Shown here: piece after piece, positions 12,386-26,213 of the stretch
Position numbering within the stretch: position 1 is the first letter of the stretch
Layout: every line of letters starts with the position of its first letter
Assembly: GCA_951406725.2 (NCBI GenBank)
Contig: OX597822.1
Coordinates: forward strand, 42,718,001 to 42,782,000
Length of the DNA: 64,000 bases
From: Octopus vulgaris
Lineage: Eukaryota
Direction of reading: 5' to 3'
Position numbers and translations under genes: made by a program
The notes under the pieces: model-generated
Databases searched by the model: none
What the model was told of the DNA's origin: nothing
The model's input: the letters and a program-made list of their open reading frames with translations, nothing else

Positions 12386-15104
12386 TATATTTGTCAGTAT
12401 ATGTGTGCGTGTGTGTGTGTGCATATGAGCATATCTACTTGCATATACGCGTGTGTACATATGCATGTATATGTAGGCGCGTATATATATATGTGTATGT
12501 ATATATATATATACGCACGCATGCGGTATGTTAACATCACACAAACTGACGGAACAAAAACAGAAACAGTTGGCTTCAACTAATTTACATAGGAGAAGAG
12601 GAGGAGGAGGAACATGGAGGATAAAAATACTAACAGAAATCGTTTCCGATTTAAGCACAGGCACAGCAATTCTGAGGGGCAGTGGTTTAGTCGGTAACAT
12701 CGAACCTCCAGTAAACAATAATTTAGGGAACAGCGTCAATTACAACAGCAACATCATCCTACATTAGTGTTGTTTATCTCCAAATCATATCAGAGTAGGC
12801 CTATGATAACAAGCATTCTAGCTGTGACCATCCCGTCTCTTTATGGATATGTAGATGATTTGCATTCCCTAATGGGTATTCGTTTTCATTTTAAAAAAAT
12901 GGGGAAAAGGCAGACAAATGTGTGAAGTTCGGAGGTAGATTTGTCAGCTATTTCTAGTAGACTGGGCGAAAGCACACAGAGGATGCTCCTCGTTAGTGCA
13001 TCTCCGATATATAGTAGGAGAAAAGTGCGCTGAGATGTCGATGGCTTCAGAATGGTGGACAGAGAAAGCAGTGTGACAAAGTAGAGGGACAAGATGATTT
13101 AGCTTTCTATATTCCCCTTCCTTATACACACACACACACGTGTGTGTATACATACATACATACATACATATATACGCGCACGTACTCTAGTACCCGTAAA
13201 CACACACACAACGATGCGAAGACGTCATAACATCGCACAAACAGGGATGCTGCTTCGAAAACGAAAGTAGGACATGGGTGATAATGGTGACAGTTAATGA
13301 TGACAATTTGTATGTCGCGTACAAAGTTCATAATTATATAAAATGAAAGAAAAAAAAGAAAGGGAATGTGTGGTGGTCATGTTTTCTCAAATAGATTTGA
13401 GGGCTAAACTTAGAGAGAAAAAAAAAAGAAAAAGGCGCAACGAAACAAATGACAGATTATCTCCGATTGTTGTTCAATCCCAGGTCAGCCCTGCATGAAT
13501 ACATTTGAATATTATATATAACAAGCATTCCGGACATGATCATCCCGTCTGTTTGTATATTAGGGACCACATCGTTCAATGAGCGTTTTTCAGAGACTCA
13601 ACAGCTATTTCTAGCAGGTCGAGCAAACACATAAAAGACCCTGGCGTTGAGGCTTAAAGGTTTACAGAAGTATGGGGATGTGTGAGATGTTGAAAAGTTC
13701 AAGTAGGTTTGGTGATGCAAACAGGAAAATAGAACTGAAAACATGAGTACATATATATTTCATTAATAATCGGCAAAATATACAGAGTGACTCAAGGGCC
13801 GAGAGCTTCGTGCCTTGGCACTTATCAAAGATTTAAGTAGCTATAGCCGAAAATTGAAACAGGTATGCCGAGTTCCACAGCAGCCGTGGGAAGTGAGCCT
13901 TAATTTTTGTTAAATACGAAGGGTTTATGGCTTTAAGACGCACGGCTTAGAGCTTACAGATTAGGGCTCATGACTGCGGGCCTACGCCTTAGTTTTTATG
14001 ACTAGTTTTAAGCATAGATTTTATGACTAAGGCTCTATGACATAACTATGGGTTTAAAACGAAGGGATTGTGGCTTATACGGCTTGGGGCTTATGATTTA
14101 AGGTTCCCAGTTTAGAACATAAAAAGTTGTTCGTGTTTAGGGCTTTGGGTGGGTAAAGGTTTTCCAGGTTGAAAAATAACGTTTATAAGAAACAAAATAT
14201 TTGCATATGGTACATAGGAGCTGAGTCAGCTCTTGAACAGTAAGTATCTATACTGTACACTACTCCTAAATATTTCATATGTATTCAATGAGAGGAGATA
14301 ATGAGATTGTGCGGCGTTCATGCATGATATGGCATTAGGAACGCAACCTACAAAGGTGGAGCCTATGCGGAGTCGATCAACTGGTACAGAAATAGTAGCT
14401 AAAACTGCCTCAAATCAGCTACTACCTAGAATTAGGCAATGATCACAGGTGGAATGCTTGGATTTGGGCTGACCTGGGGTTAAACAAAAAATAATCTATG
14501 TGAAATGAAGTGGCTACAAACACGGAAATTCGAAACCGGGTCAAGCACTTAGGAATGATAGCAGTAGTAGTGGGTAACTTGTGAAGGATTGTGTGACATT
14601 CATGTGTCTCTTGAGAGAAATAACTTTGATCAGGCAGTAAAACAATTTCTATCGATTACACACGAGAAATAAATGGTGACGGGGGATAAAAATATAACCA
14701 GACACCCCGCCAAGATTTGAACCCTGGGTGTCAAGGGACGTAACTAATTGCCGAATGATTGTCCAAAGCACCACCAATTCTGTAACGGTCGCACTTAAAA
14801 AACAGTATAATAGAAATTTGTTTTAGACAATCTAAAAAACAATGCCACTATGTGAGGGCGTGGCGCTTATCCATTACCCATTGTAACCTTCCGTAACCTC
14901 TTACTTCATAGATGCTTTAATCAAAGTCTGTATTTGCACACACACACATACACACACAAATAACCATGCGTGTATGTATATAAATATACACATACACACG
15001 TATAAAAGACATACAGATATAGGGATGAAAAATATATATACACACACACACACACATGTGCACATGTGAAAAAGCGGGGGTGGGAGAAAAAAAATCAGAC
15101 TTAC

Positions 15105-15442
15105 CTCATCAGATAACTGTTGTAGAATCATGATCACAAGTTTCACCGACTAATCTGTATGTTGTGGTGGTGACTGATAATCTTTCACTCTTCCTAATCT
15201 ATTCCGGGTGTCTATCTGTCTGTCTGTCTCTCGCACCCCTTCAATATATATACTCAGTTTCGGTTTCTCACTAACTTTGAAACCTTACAGATAGCGGTCC
15301 GACTTTGAGGGTCTAATTTAATTAAACCGTTTCACTTGACATCCCGAATTGTGTTCTCGATTTTTTCTTCTTCTTCTTGTATAGTCTATAGTTGGTAGTT
15401 TCTCCACACAGACACATATATAGACAGAAACAAGACTATATG

Positions 15443-15492
<50 letters not shown>

Positions 15493-16182
15493 AGCGTGTG
15501 TTTATATTTCTATGAGTATATGCTATGTATTTAAATATTATTACGGCTATGTATACTTGTATACCATATATCTATATGACAGTATATAAATATAAACACA
15601 GATGCGTGTTATGTATGAACCTTATATATTTAATCTAAATTCGATATGCAGAGATCGTTCATTGATGTAACTGTTTTTACTGCTAGAACTTCATATATCT
15701 CTATACACGTTATAGATGTCTGTAAATTGCATTCATACATGTAAGCTGAGCTGCGGAAAATAGATATGCATATATATACCTTATAATACTGTTTAAATAT
15801 GTTTTGCAATCTATATTAAGCTAAAATTATATGTTTGCGTTTTACTTTCCCTAAATCTATGGTACGTTTCTACATACAGTGTGCTAATAATATTTGATAG
15901 ACTACAGCTGGTTAGGTAAATGTGTGTGGTGTAATGTATGTATATATGGTGTTACGATGTGAATGTAGTGCAGCGGTGGTCGTTCTATCTATCTTCTTCC
16001 TCCTCCGCCACCTTTTCTTTAAGAAAAGCCAAGAGATGTCAGGTTAATCCAGTGTAAGAACAGAGCGACAAGAAAGCTGCCGTCCTATTCGGCCAAGCCG
16101 GGCTTTTGTAGGCAGACGTCCGCATCAAGATAGAGTTTAAGTTAATTGAGTAGGGTGGTTGTAGTAGTTCGTAAAGAAGGAA

Positions 16183-16222
<40 letters not shown>

Positions 16223-17250
16223 TTGTGTGTCTTTAAGAAAGGGAAAGAGTAACTAGTAGAAAATGCTTCCTCAAAAATTTAAAAAAGTAACAAGGAATAA
16301 AGAAAAAAAAACGAAGGTTAAGAGATAGGAAAGAACATGAAAGATCGTATCAGAGAAGCACACATACGTAAATATATATACACATATTAGGCTTTTATAA
16401 TGTATCACATATATTACACAATGTGGTGGACATTATATACATACACACACAACTAGAAATAATTTTAGTTTTTCTTGGGGCTTTTTGTTTTACACTCTTG
16501 AAAATACTTTCAAACTGTTTCTCTAAATAAATAAATATATCACTGATAGATAATATCTGGGTTCTTACATAGACATATAGCTTGCTAGCTAAGTAAAATA
16601 ACTAGAAATGCAAATACTTGACTCAAGACGGTAGAAGATATAGACACACACATATAAAATATATATATATATATATATTCCTTTTTCTTGTTTCTTTATA
16701 ATAGTTGTCTTCTAATTTCCATTGTTGATGATCAAAACGTTTTTTAAATTATATATATATTCTTTACAGATGTCAGCGTTGTGTGCAGGGCTTCCGTCGT
16801 AAATATGGTGTTAATTTGACATTATAGTTTGTCAATGATCATAATACACAATATATAATATAAATATACACATATATGCCAGAGAGACAGAGAGAAGCAA
16901 GGCTTTTTTTCCCTTTTTCTGTATTTTCAATCCGTTGTTGCAACATTAATTCTTCAACAAAATATATATAAAAAAAAATTAGTGCCTTTCCTGCTATTTC
17001 TTTTGTCTTTTAACGTCTCTCTTTTTTTAATCTATCTTTCCCTGTCGCTTGTCTCTTCTCTCCTTTTTTTTTTTTCTCTTTTTGTTCTTGGTTTTCCTCT
17101 TTATGATATTACAAGCGACAGCCTTTCCCGTTTTTAAATTCTGATAACACTCCTCATACTTTCTCCATCTTGTTCACTCTTCTCTCATGGAAACAACCAA
17201 AAAAACGACAAACAATGGAATTGTCTCCCTTGTTTAGGTCAGCAGAGATT
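15105..17250 (-). other. Putative first exon / promoter region of the minus-strand gene
   Basis: Consensus donor GAG|GTAAGT at 15105/15104 on minus, with the exon ending ...ATG AG. It sits in a ~2-kb stretch with no recognisable TEs and CpG-richer patches (15960-16130, 16770-16810). The upper boundary is a guess. Confidence 0.3.
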
Positions 17251-19084
17251 TTATTTATTTATTGTAGTTTCATTTGCCTTCTCTCCCCCACTTCCTCCTT
17301 TCTTCTAGCCTGCAACATAATTATCGATCTCTTAGATTGGCACCAAGTCCTTATATTTCAGGGACGAAGTAGGGGTGTAGGGGAATAGTCGATTATCTCT
17401 CCCTCAACATTTGAGGAATTACAATCCGGAAGCCAAGGAAACTATCGATTTTATTTATTCTGCTCCCGTGTTTTGCTGGCACTGGTTACTTTATTTTATT
17501 CTATTCTTCTTCTGAAGAAGAAGCTCTTTTCGGAAGCATGAAAAGAAAAGTCGATCTCAACGAGATTTGAACTCGGAACGTAAAGGGACACAACCAAATA
17601 TCTAAGGCATTTTGTCTGAAATTCAACACAGTTATTACCACGTCTTTGACGAGCTAACGAGAGAGCCTCCACGTAATCGCTTGACCTGTTAAAATTATCA
17701 ACTGAATCTCTTCCGAAAGAACATACTAACGTCTCTTTAAAAATATAAAACAAAGGATATATTGCGTAATGTGATCATAGATATGATGTATGTCAAAAAC
17801 AGATTAAATGACACGCTGGTCGCGACTGAAAAATCTCTTTCGAACATAGAACTGATTGATCAAAGCTAACCTGCAGCTAAACAACGACCATGACTTCGAC
17901 TGTCATTCTTCGCCAGGGATAGATCGATAAAAATACTGACGTCATGTATTTGGTTCGATTTCGTCCACTGGTCCCTTTCTCTTCTCACAATTTCATATTG
18001 TGTCCGTTACACAGCAAGCTAATGACAATGGAGGGTAGATTTGGCGGAATCGATAGAGCAGCTGTAGTGTAATATTTAAGTTACTTCCCTTTGATATCTA
18101 GAAATTTTCGAATTCTATGATAAAAATAATACCAATACTGTATCGATTTGATTTAATCGATTGTTGTCTCAGAACCCCTCGAAAATTTTACATCATAAAT
18201 TACCAGACAAAATTTCTTTTACGTTCGGAGTTCAAATCGCCGAGGTTGACTTTGCCTTTCATCCTATCAAGGTCGATAAAAGAAAGAGTACCAGTCAAGT
18301 ACTGAGGTGGGGGGCGGTTATTCAACTGTGCTCTTCTCGAAAATGTATGACATTATTGGAACTTAATATTATTATTACTTATTCGATTGAGTCTGACAAA
18401 ATTCCTGGTTTAAATCTCCGAAACCTTTTTTGCCTTGTGCCAGCTATGTTCGCAGTTTGACTTTTTTAAAATTTCAATTCATTCGATTAATATGTAAGTG
18501 TTGCGCCGATAAGAACGTGGAAGTAGGTTAAACTACTCAAGTGTTAATTGCCCGGCTATTTTGGCAGCTCTCCAGCAGAGAAACAGTATGAAAGTTGCTT
18601 GGAGCTAACCGTAGGAGCCATTTTGAAGCGTGATTAAGGAAAAACAAGAGTTGCGTTGAAGTTCAAGTACGCAATCCTAGCACTGAAATGGCACCCCGTC
18701 GGTTACAACAATAAGTGTTTTAGTTGATCTATTTAATGGAACAGCCTATTTGTGAAACTATCGTGCAAGTGGTTGAATATTCCACGGACACGCGTACCCT
18801 TAACGTGGTTCTCAGGAAGATTCACCATGAAAGAATGCGACAAGCTTGACCGTTTGAATTACAAGTACCACTCCTTTTTGTCAGCTGAGTGAACTGGAGC
18901 AACATGAAGTAAAATATCTTGCTCAAGAGCACAACGTGCCACCGGGAATTGAACTCACGACTTTACGATCATGATCCGAACACCCTAACCACTAAGCCAC
19001 ACGCCTGGCATTTAAACCAATTGAAAAAATGCAACAGCAAGCTCCCACATATTTTTCTGATCCTTTACCTTTGAGGCAATAATA

Positions 19085-20199
19085 AATAAAAGATTACTCC
19101 GGTCGTTTTTAAAGACTGGATAAGTACAATGTACCGCGGCATCTGTTTGATGGTCAAACTAAACGGCCACCTCTTGGACCCGTTTCTCATCGCACTCAGT
19201 TAGTCAAGGATGTACCTTTCCATTTGCCCTCTATGTTTTGGTGTCAGAGCCAATTCTATAGAGGTTAGAGACACTGGATGGCATCCCGCTCGAAGTAGAA
19301 CTCAGGAGAGCTATATCTGCAAATGCCGATTATATCACCATCATGACTTTGAGCACAGTGGAAATCGAGTCGATTACCACTACACCGGGAGAGTAGCAGG
19401 GGATTGCGAGTGTACGCATTAATCAGAACAAGTCGGCGAGTTTGCAGCTCGGAACCTAGAGAGACAAGTCCATGTCGGTTCAGTGGTGGCTTCTGCTGTT
19501 AGACCATGAGTTCGGTTATAATGCTTGGAGTCTGACTTAAACCAAACTTCCGAGTGGCGAAAAAACTGGGACGGGTTGCGTGCTAAGTGGCCAGTTTCAT
19601 TCAGAAATTGTCTAAGAGGAAACTATTCCAGAAAGGGTAGCGGAAGTGGCCATCGCCTATTTGGCTTCATTGGTATACTGTCGGTTGACCGTCGTATCTT
19701 GTCCCAGATAACACCTGGCTAAACTGGACGCTTGCTTTTTCGATACTTGTAGAAGAGACTGCACCGCTGGAGACTAGATCCATTTGCTTTTAACTCCCAC
19801 TCCCTGAGTCTCAAAATGTCGTTCCTTATCATGCTAAGGCACGTGCACTTTGTCTAAATCACCTACAGAGTGTCAGATTGTTGTGACAAAGAAGACAGTG
19901 AAAAGATAGGTCGTTCTTTGTGCACCGTCTTTCCGCAGCTCGTTTCTTTGACTAAACAGTGGTCCTGGGTCAAGTCCTTATACATATCGAATGCTTCGCA
20001 TCCGAATGGTGTTTCGAGAGTCACTGCATTCTGCCAGCTGGAGAATGCTGTCAGTGGCAAATCGACTTCTGTATTTTATCGAAGATCAGTGGAGAGTACG
20101 AGTGGTGATGGCCTGAGAATGATTCTGGTTAATGACTTGGACATTCTGAACAGTCTCTTTTTGTCGGAGAATATAGATAATTCTCTGGAGTTCTTGGTT

Positions 20200-20235
<36 letters not shown>

Positions 20236-20385
20236 TACTACAGTACTTTGGAAAGGCACTATCTGTTCAACACAGGTTCTAACGGATACTGAAGGACCAG
20301 CAGCCGAACATGTCCGAGGTGCGCACGAAGCGATAAAACCATCCTACACGCATACGTTCAATTCTTGTACATAGCTGATTTGTGG
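19085..20385 (+). mobile_element. Older, heavily decayed L1/Tx1-type LINE fragment related to 37235-39549
   Basis: Residual peptides ISANADYITIM, INQNKSASLQLGT*RDKSM, RLTVVSCP and TCPRCARSDKTILHAYVQ align by eye with the 38-kb ORF. Confidence 0.75.
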
Positions 20386-21721
20386 GCTTGTGAAAAACCT
20401 AGTAATTATTCTATCAGTCTCTTTTGCCGAACTGCTAAGTCACAGGTACGTAAACACACTAACATCGGTTGTCGAGCGACGGTGGGGGTACAAACTCAGA
20501 TACACAAATATATGCATACAGTTTCCTTCTACCAAACCTATTCGCAAGGCTTTAGTCGGCCCGAGGCTATAGTAGAAGACACTTGCCCAAGGTGGCACGC
20601 AGTGGGACTGAACCCGGAATCATGTGGTTGGTAGGCAAGCTTCTTACCACACAGCCACTCCTGCGCCTGTGTGTGTATTTTTTCCTTTAATGTTACCTAT
20701 TGTAATTCTAGATTTCATCTTTTCTTTACTTGATATACCTGCTTCCGATGTGTTGTTATCGTCTTAATACATGTGAAGGCTGGTTAGGGCATTCGGCTCA
20801 CGATCGCAAGGTCATGAGTTCGATTCCTGGCGGCGCGTTGTGTTCACGAGCAAGACACTATATTTCACAATGCTCCAGTCCACTCAGCTGGCAAAAATGA
20901 ATTGTACTTGTCTTTCAAAGGGCCAACTTTGTGACATTCTGTGTCACACTGAATCTAGCCTGAATGTGTCTGTGGAATACTCAGCAACTTGTTCGTTAAT
21001 TTCACGAGCAGGCTGTTCCGTTGATCGGATCAGCTGGAACACTCGGTATCGTTATAACCAAGTACTAATACATCGTTATAAGCCGAGAGAGGGCATTGTT
21101 CTCGGGGTCAGGATATTGCAAGATACATTGGGTTCTTTAGCCCTGAGTAAGGACTTATGCTTTAACGTTTCTTTTTTCAATTGTTGGGGTTCTTTGCTTT
21201 ACTATTTTGTTTTTAACCATTTGTTTTCGCAATTTTGTTGTATCTTGTCCCTTGTATAGTTCACATTGTGTTCGAGCCGCTGAGGAAAATAAAGAAACTG
21301 TTGTTGTTGTTGTTGTTGTTATTGTTGTTGTCCTTGTTATGATGGTAGATTGGCAGAGTATTTAGAGAGTTGGGTAGAATGCCTTACAGTATTTAGCTAC
21401 TATTCTTTGCAATCTGAGTTCAAATCCCGCCGGCTAACATTGCTTTTCACTCTTCAGAGTTAGATGAAATAAAACACGAGTCAAATATTGGGGACGGTGT
21501 AATTGAGTAACTCCATCTCCTCAATATGGCCTTGTACCTAAATCAGGAATTATTTCGACAGACGGTGGATTGGCAGAATCGTTAAAACATCGTATTTCTT
21601 CGGGCTCTTTACGCTCCGAGTTCAAATCTCACGAGGCTAACTTTGCCTTTTATCTTTTCAGGATCGATAAAAATAAGTACCAGTCGAGCACTTTCGTCGA
21701 TGTAATCAACTAATCTATTTT

Positions 21722-24494
21722 AATAACCATGTCTCACTGTTACTATTTGCTGCAACAGTCTTTGGGAACCTACAATGGACAGCCTTCTCCTGCTAGTCAG
21801 ATAACTTTTGTTCTTTTTTCTGGTTTTTAAGTTCGTTTTGGTTTTTGGTTTCCCTCTGCCTTCCCTCACTCTAGCAGCTGTTAATAAACTTTCTTCACTA
21901 TCCCCTACATAGGAATCTATATCTACTCTAGCTAACTCCACGCAGTCTTCAACTGATATTAACCCTCTTCCACCTTCCTTTCTAGGTAAGTATAATATTG
22001 CTGCTCCTGTCCTTAGCTGGAGTCCTCCATTCATATTGAATTCCTTCCTATTTCTTCTGTCTCGCTTTTCTAATTCAGTTTTTGTCCAATCTATAAAAGC
22101 TACTGAGTATCTAAGTAAAGATACTGCCCAAGTATTTACAGCCTTCACTAGATTCGGACCATTTAGCTTTTATCTTCATTACCCTTCTGATGTACTCCTC
22201 AAGTTTCGTTTTCATTTCTATAGTTAGTATTCTGCTAGATTCTAATACTCCTAGATACTTATGGCTCTCTCCTTCTTTTATTGATTTTAATGTCTGACCA
22301 CCTGGTAATTGGATGCCTTCACTATTGACTACCTGTGCCATTCTCATGACTAATATTACACACTTATCAATGCCAAATTCCATGCTTATATCTTTGCTGA
22401 AGATTCTTACAGTCTGTATTAAAGAATCTATCTCTTTTTCATTGTTACTAAAAAGCTTCAGATCATCCATGTGGAGCAAATGTTTCATTTTTCCTTTACT
22501 ATTTCTGTACCGATACCCTGCCTTTGCCTTCCTTAATTCTAAACTGAGGGGGATCAAACATAAAACAAATATTAAAGGGAACAACGAATCCCCTTGGAAA
22601 ATTCCTATATGAATATTAACTTTCCTTAAGACTGTGTCACCTGAGTAGATATCTATTTTCCATCTCTTCTTGCTAAAGCTAATTAATTCTCTTATGTTGT
22701 CTGCTATACAGAACATACTCAAATATTCACTTATCCATGAAAGTGGGATCATGTCATAGGCTTTCCTATAATCTATCCATGCTATTGTTAGATTTTTCTA
22801 GCTTTTACTTCATTTAGAACTGATTTCTCTTGGTATAATAGATCAGGCGTTCCTTCCAGCTTTCTTCCTGCAACCTCTTTGTTGCACTAAATTTTGGTTG
22901 TCAAGATGCTCGTAAATGCTTTCTGAAAGCATCCCTGTTAATAGCTTTCATACTAATGGTAAGCAAGTGATTGGTCTATAATTGCTAGCTGTATTACCTT
23001 TGCTTTTATCTTACACAAGGAGTGTCATTCTCCCTCAAATCATCCAATCTAGTATTATTCCTCAATTTAGGCAATCCTGAGGTTGTTCCTTCAGCCTCAC
23101 ATGTAAACTAAATTTCTTTAGCCAGTACCCTTGAAATAAATCTGGTTCTGGTCCCTTCCAATTCGGCATTTTTCTTAACACGTTACTTAATGCACTAGTT
23201 AGTCTTAGATCTGGCTGCCTCTCACTCACTACTTCTTCCCCCACTTTCTTTAGCCATACTGCATCTCCATTATGATTGACTGGCTTACCCCAAATATTAC
23301 TTCAGAACTTTCTAGCTTCTTCTGCATTAGGTATCTCATCTTCAGTACTTCCTTCTTTCCTGTTTATTTGGTTATAAAATCTCCTCTGGTCTGTCTCAAA
23401 TAATCTATTCTGTTGATACTGATCTATTCTTTTTTGATACCTGGAAAGCTTCCCTGTTACTGCTATGATACGCTGTTTCAACTTTTCTCTGACTGTCCCA
23501 AATCCTTTCTTTTTGACTAAATATCTTTTTTCAAGAGAAGATTTAAATCTTGTGTTTTCTAACTTGTCCAGTTTCCAGGCTTCTTTTCTACTGAGATCTT
23601 GTCTTAAAGTCTTTACTTTATTTTGTAATCCCCTTTTCCATATTTTCTCTTTTCTAATCTTTCCTTGTGGAATATCTAATCTTCTAGTAACTACACCTCC
23701 TGCATAGATCGATATGTTAATGTCTCCTATATTTTTAGTATCAATTCTACTGATAACAGAATCTACTTTCCTAGTCGTATCTAGCAGCTTCCTTCTATTG
23801 GTACCTTTTAATGTTGGCAATCTTTTTCTTACCTCTTTACTCATTATTTCCGGCAACTCATCTAAAATCTGATCTTTCTCACTTAAATCACTTAAATCCC
23901 TGGTGTTAGTTGTCTCTTCCTTATTGATAGTGCTATTATTATTTTTTCCTTCAGATTCCTCTTTGGTTGGAGCTGTATCTCTTATGTTGTTGTTTGTCTT
24001 TCCTACTGCCTGGTCTTTCTTTTCCAGATCTCTTGTAATCTCTTCCATCTCTAATTCTGTCATCCACTTTCTTCTAATAGCATTAACTTGATCTACTAGT
24101 CTCTGCTCAGGCACTTTAGATATACCTTTCTCTACCCAAAGTGTCAACATCCGTTTTCTATAATTCCTTGTTTTCGGTTTACTTTCTAAGTAGCACTGCA
24201 TCACTATCCTGTTTTCTTCGCTGGTCACTTCCTCCTCTTTACTCTGTTATCTGCTGATGCTGTCTTAGGATAACAGCTGTGGCCAGTCTGCATTTTTACT
24301 AAACCACTGCCGAGCGAGAGGCTTTCTCTTAACGGTCCAACCTCATTTTTGCTGTTACTATCAGAATTTCTTGTCTCTCACAAACTGAAGTAAGGTAACG
24401 TTCGTCACCAACGCCATCACCACTATTATTTTTCGACATCTGATAGTTTCAAGCAACTTTCTATTGCATCACTTGCTGCACTTTTGTGCTGGTG
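21722..24494 (-). mobile_element. R4/Dong-like RLE non-LTR retrotransposon, copy A (5' region + RT; 3' end missing)
   Basis: Broken ORFs with MPNWKGPEPD, NYRPITCLP, WIDYRKAYDMIP, GIFQGDSLFPL, HLLHMDDLKLF, EFGIDKC, KYLGV and LYLPRKEGGRGL. Confidence 0.85.
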
Positions 24495-25853
24495 ATTATT
24501 TTTATTTTCATATATACCCAACAGCTTAGACTGTCAGAAAATAAAAAAAATCCTAACATCAGGTTACAACAAGTAACCTTAGATGCCAAGAATCCTCCTA
24601 AGTATCCTAGCTCTCCCTAATAACACTGTTTTCTGCAGCTGTATTAAACTGGGTTTTATGCCTATTTCTTCTGTCCATCTGTTCAGATCTTTAGGGATAG
24701 TTCCTCATGCACCTATAATTACTGGGATACATTTTACCCGCACTTTCCATAGTCTCTGTAATTCAATAGCTAGGTCCTGGTACTTTACTATTCTTTTCTA
24801 TACTTCTCATATAAAGGTTTTCATTATTTGTGACTGTAAAGTCAATTATCTGGCACTTTCTATTCTCTTTATCTACTACTACTAAACCAGGCCTTCAGTC
24901 TGAATGTTGAAGGCCCACAACATCTTATTTTCTTACTTCCTTGTACTTTACTAGGTTCATGTTCATACATTTTATCAGTATGTTCAATTCATAGCTTTCT
25001 ACATAGCTCCCAGTGGATTACTCTCCCTAGATTGTCATGTCTTTTCTTGTATTCTTTCTGAGCCAGGATGCTACCTTCACTTACTATGCAAATAACGCTT
25101 TGCTCTTTTGATTTGCATAATCTACAATGGGAATCGACTTGGTTTTTGTTTATCTTGGCTTTTATCCAATTACTCCTTAAAGCTTGATCTTGTGCAGCTA
25201 TTAACCAGCTTTCTGTCTCCTTCTTCAGCTTTCCTTTCTGCAGCCATAACCATGTCTCACTACTACTATTTGTTGCAACTATCATTGGAAATCTACCATG
25301 CAACGCCTTCTCCTGCCAGTCAGATAATTTCTGTTCTTTTTTCTGGTTTTTATGTTCGTTTGGGTTTTTGGTTTGCCTCTGTCTTGCTGTCACTCTAGCA
25401 CCTGTTAATAAATTTTCTTCTCTATTACCTACATTGGAATTTATATCTACTCTAGCTAACTCCACGCAGTCTTCCACTAATATTAACCCTTTTTCATCTT
25501 CCTTTCTAGGTAGGTATAATCTTACTGCTCCTGCCCTTGGGCGGAGTCTTCCATTCACATTGAATTCCTTCCTGTTTCTTCTGTCTAGCTTTGCTAATTC
25601 AGTTTTTGTCCAATCTACAAAAGCTGCTGAGTATCTAAGTAATGACATTACCCAAATATTTACAGCCTTCACTAGATTCGGAGCATTTAGCTTTTATCTT
25701 CATTACCCCTCTGATGTACTCCTTCTCAATTTTCGTTTTCATTTCTGTAGTTACTACTCTGTCAGATTCTAATACTTCTAGATTCTTATAATTCTCTCTT
25801 TCTTTCAATGTCTGGCCATCAGATACCTGGATGCCTTGATGACTTCGTTGTTG

Positions 25854-25858
<5 letters not shown>
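24495..25858 (-). mobile_element. R4/Dong-like element, copy B (5'-truncated, retains zinc knuckle, RLE and 3' end)
   Basis: AAQDQAL, CRLC..., YKKRHD, KYQDLAIELQRLW...PVIIGA...QKTVLLG; stop at 24579-24581, followed by a 3'UTR and A-rich tail. Confidence 0.85.
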
Positions 25859-25896
<38 letters not shown>

Positions 25897-26213
25897 TGGT
25901 TTGGCTCAGGTTCGGTCTTATTCCAGATACGATTTATGTGGGTAGCGGGTTACTACCTGTAACCTTAGGTATCCACAAGTTTTCGGTTGTCTTTCAAGTG
26001 CTTAGAACCCTCCTATTAATTCTTTCTGTCCCTAAGAGGCAAACTTTCTGCAGGAAATGCAAAAAATAAACAAACAAAAAAGCCACTACCTTAAAATTTG
26101 AAATAGGAAGAATTTGGAGCTTGAGAACAGTAAAGGTCGTGCCTATAATAATTAGTGCGTTGGGAGCAGTAAGCAAAGATATAGACAAATGGCTGAAGGA
26201 GATTGGAATAGAA
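25855..26213 (-). mobile_element. R4/Dong-like 3' fragment, copy C, with (TAG)n tail and inverted 5' segment
   Basis: Minus strand: LHFLQKVCLLGTERINRRVLST* + UTR + (TAG)n. Plus strand 26091-26213: LKFEIGRIWSLRTVKVVPIIISALGAVSKDIDKWLKEIGIE. Confidence 0.75.

Noticed and set aside
13915-14170. Scattered TTAGGG/GGGTTT-like words suggesting an interstitial telomere
   Set aside because: There is no true tandem TTAGGG run; this is degenerate low-complexity sequence.
19239-19251. TGGTGTCAGAGCC resembling a tRNA-Met primer-binding site of an LTR element
   Set aside because: It lies inside a decayed L1/Tx1 RT coding relic, and there is no adjacent LTR.
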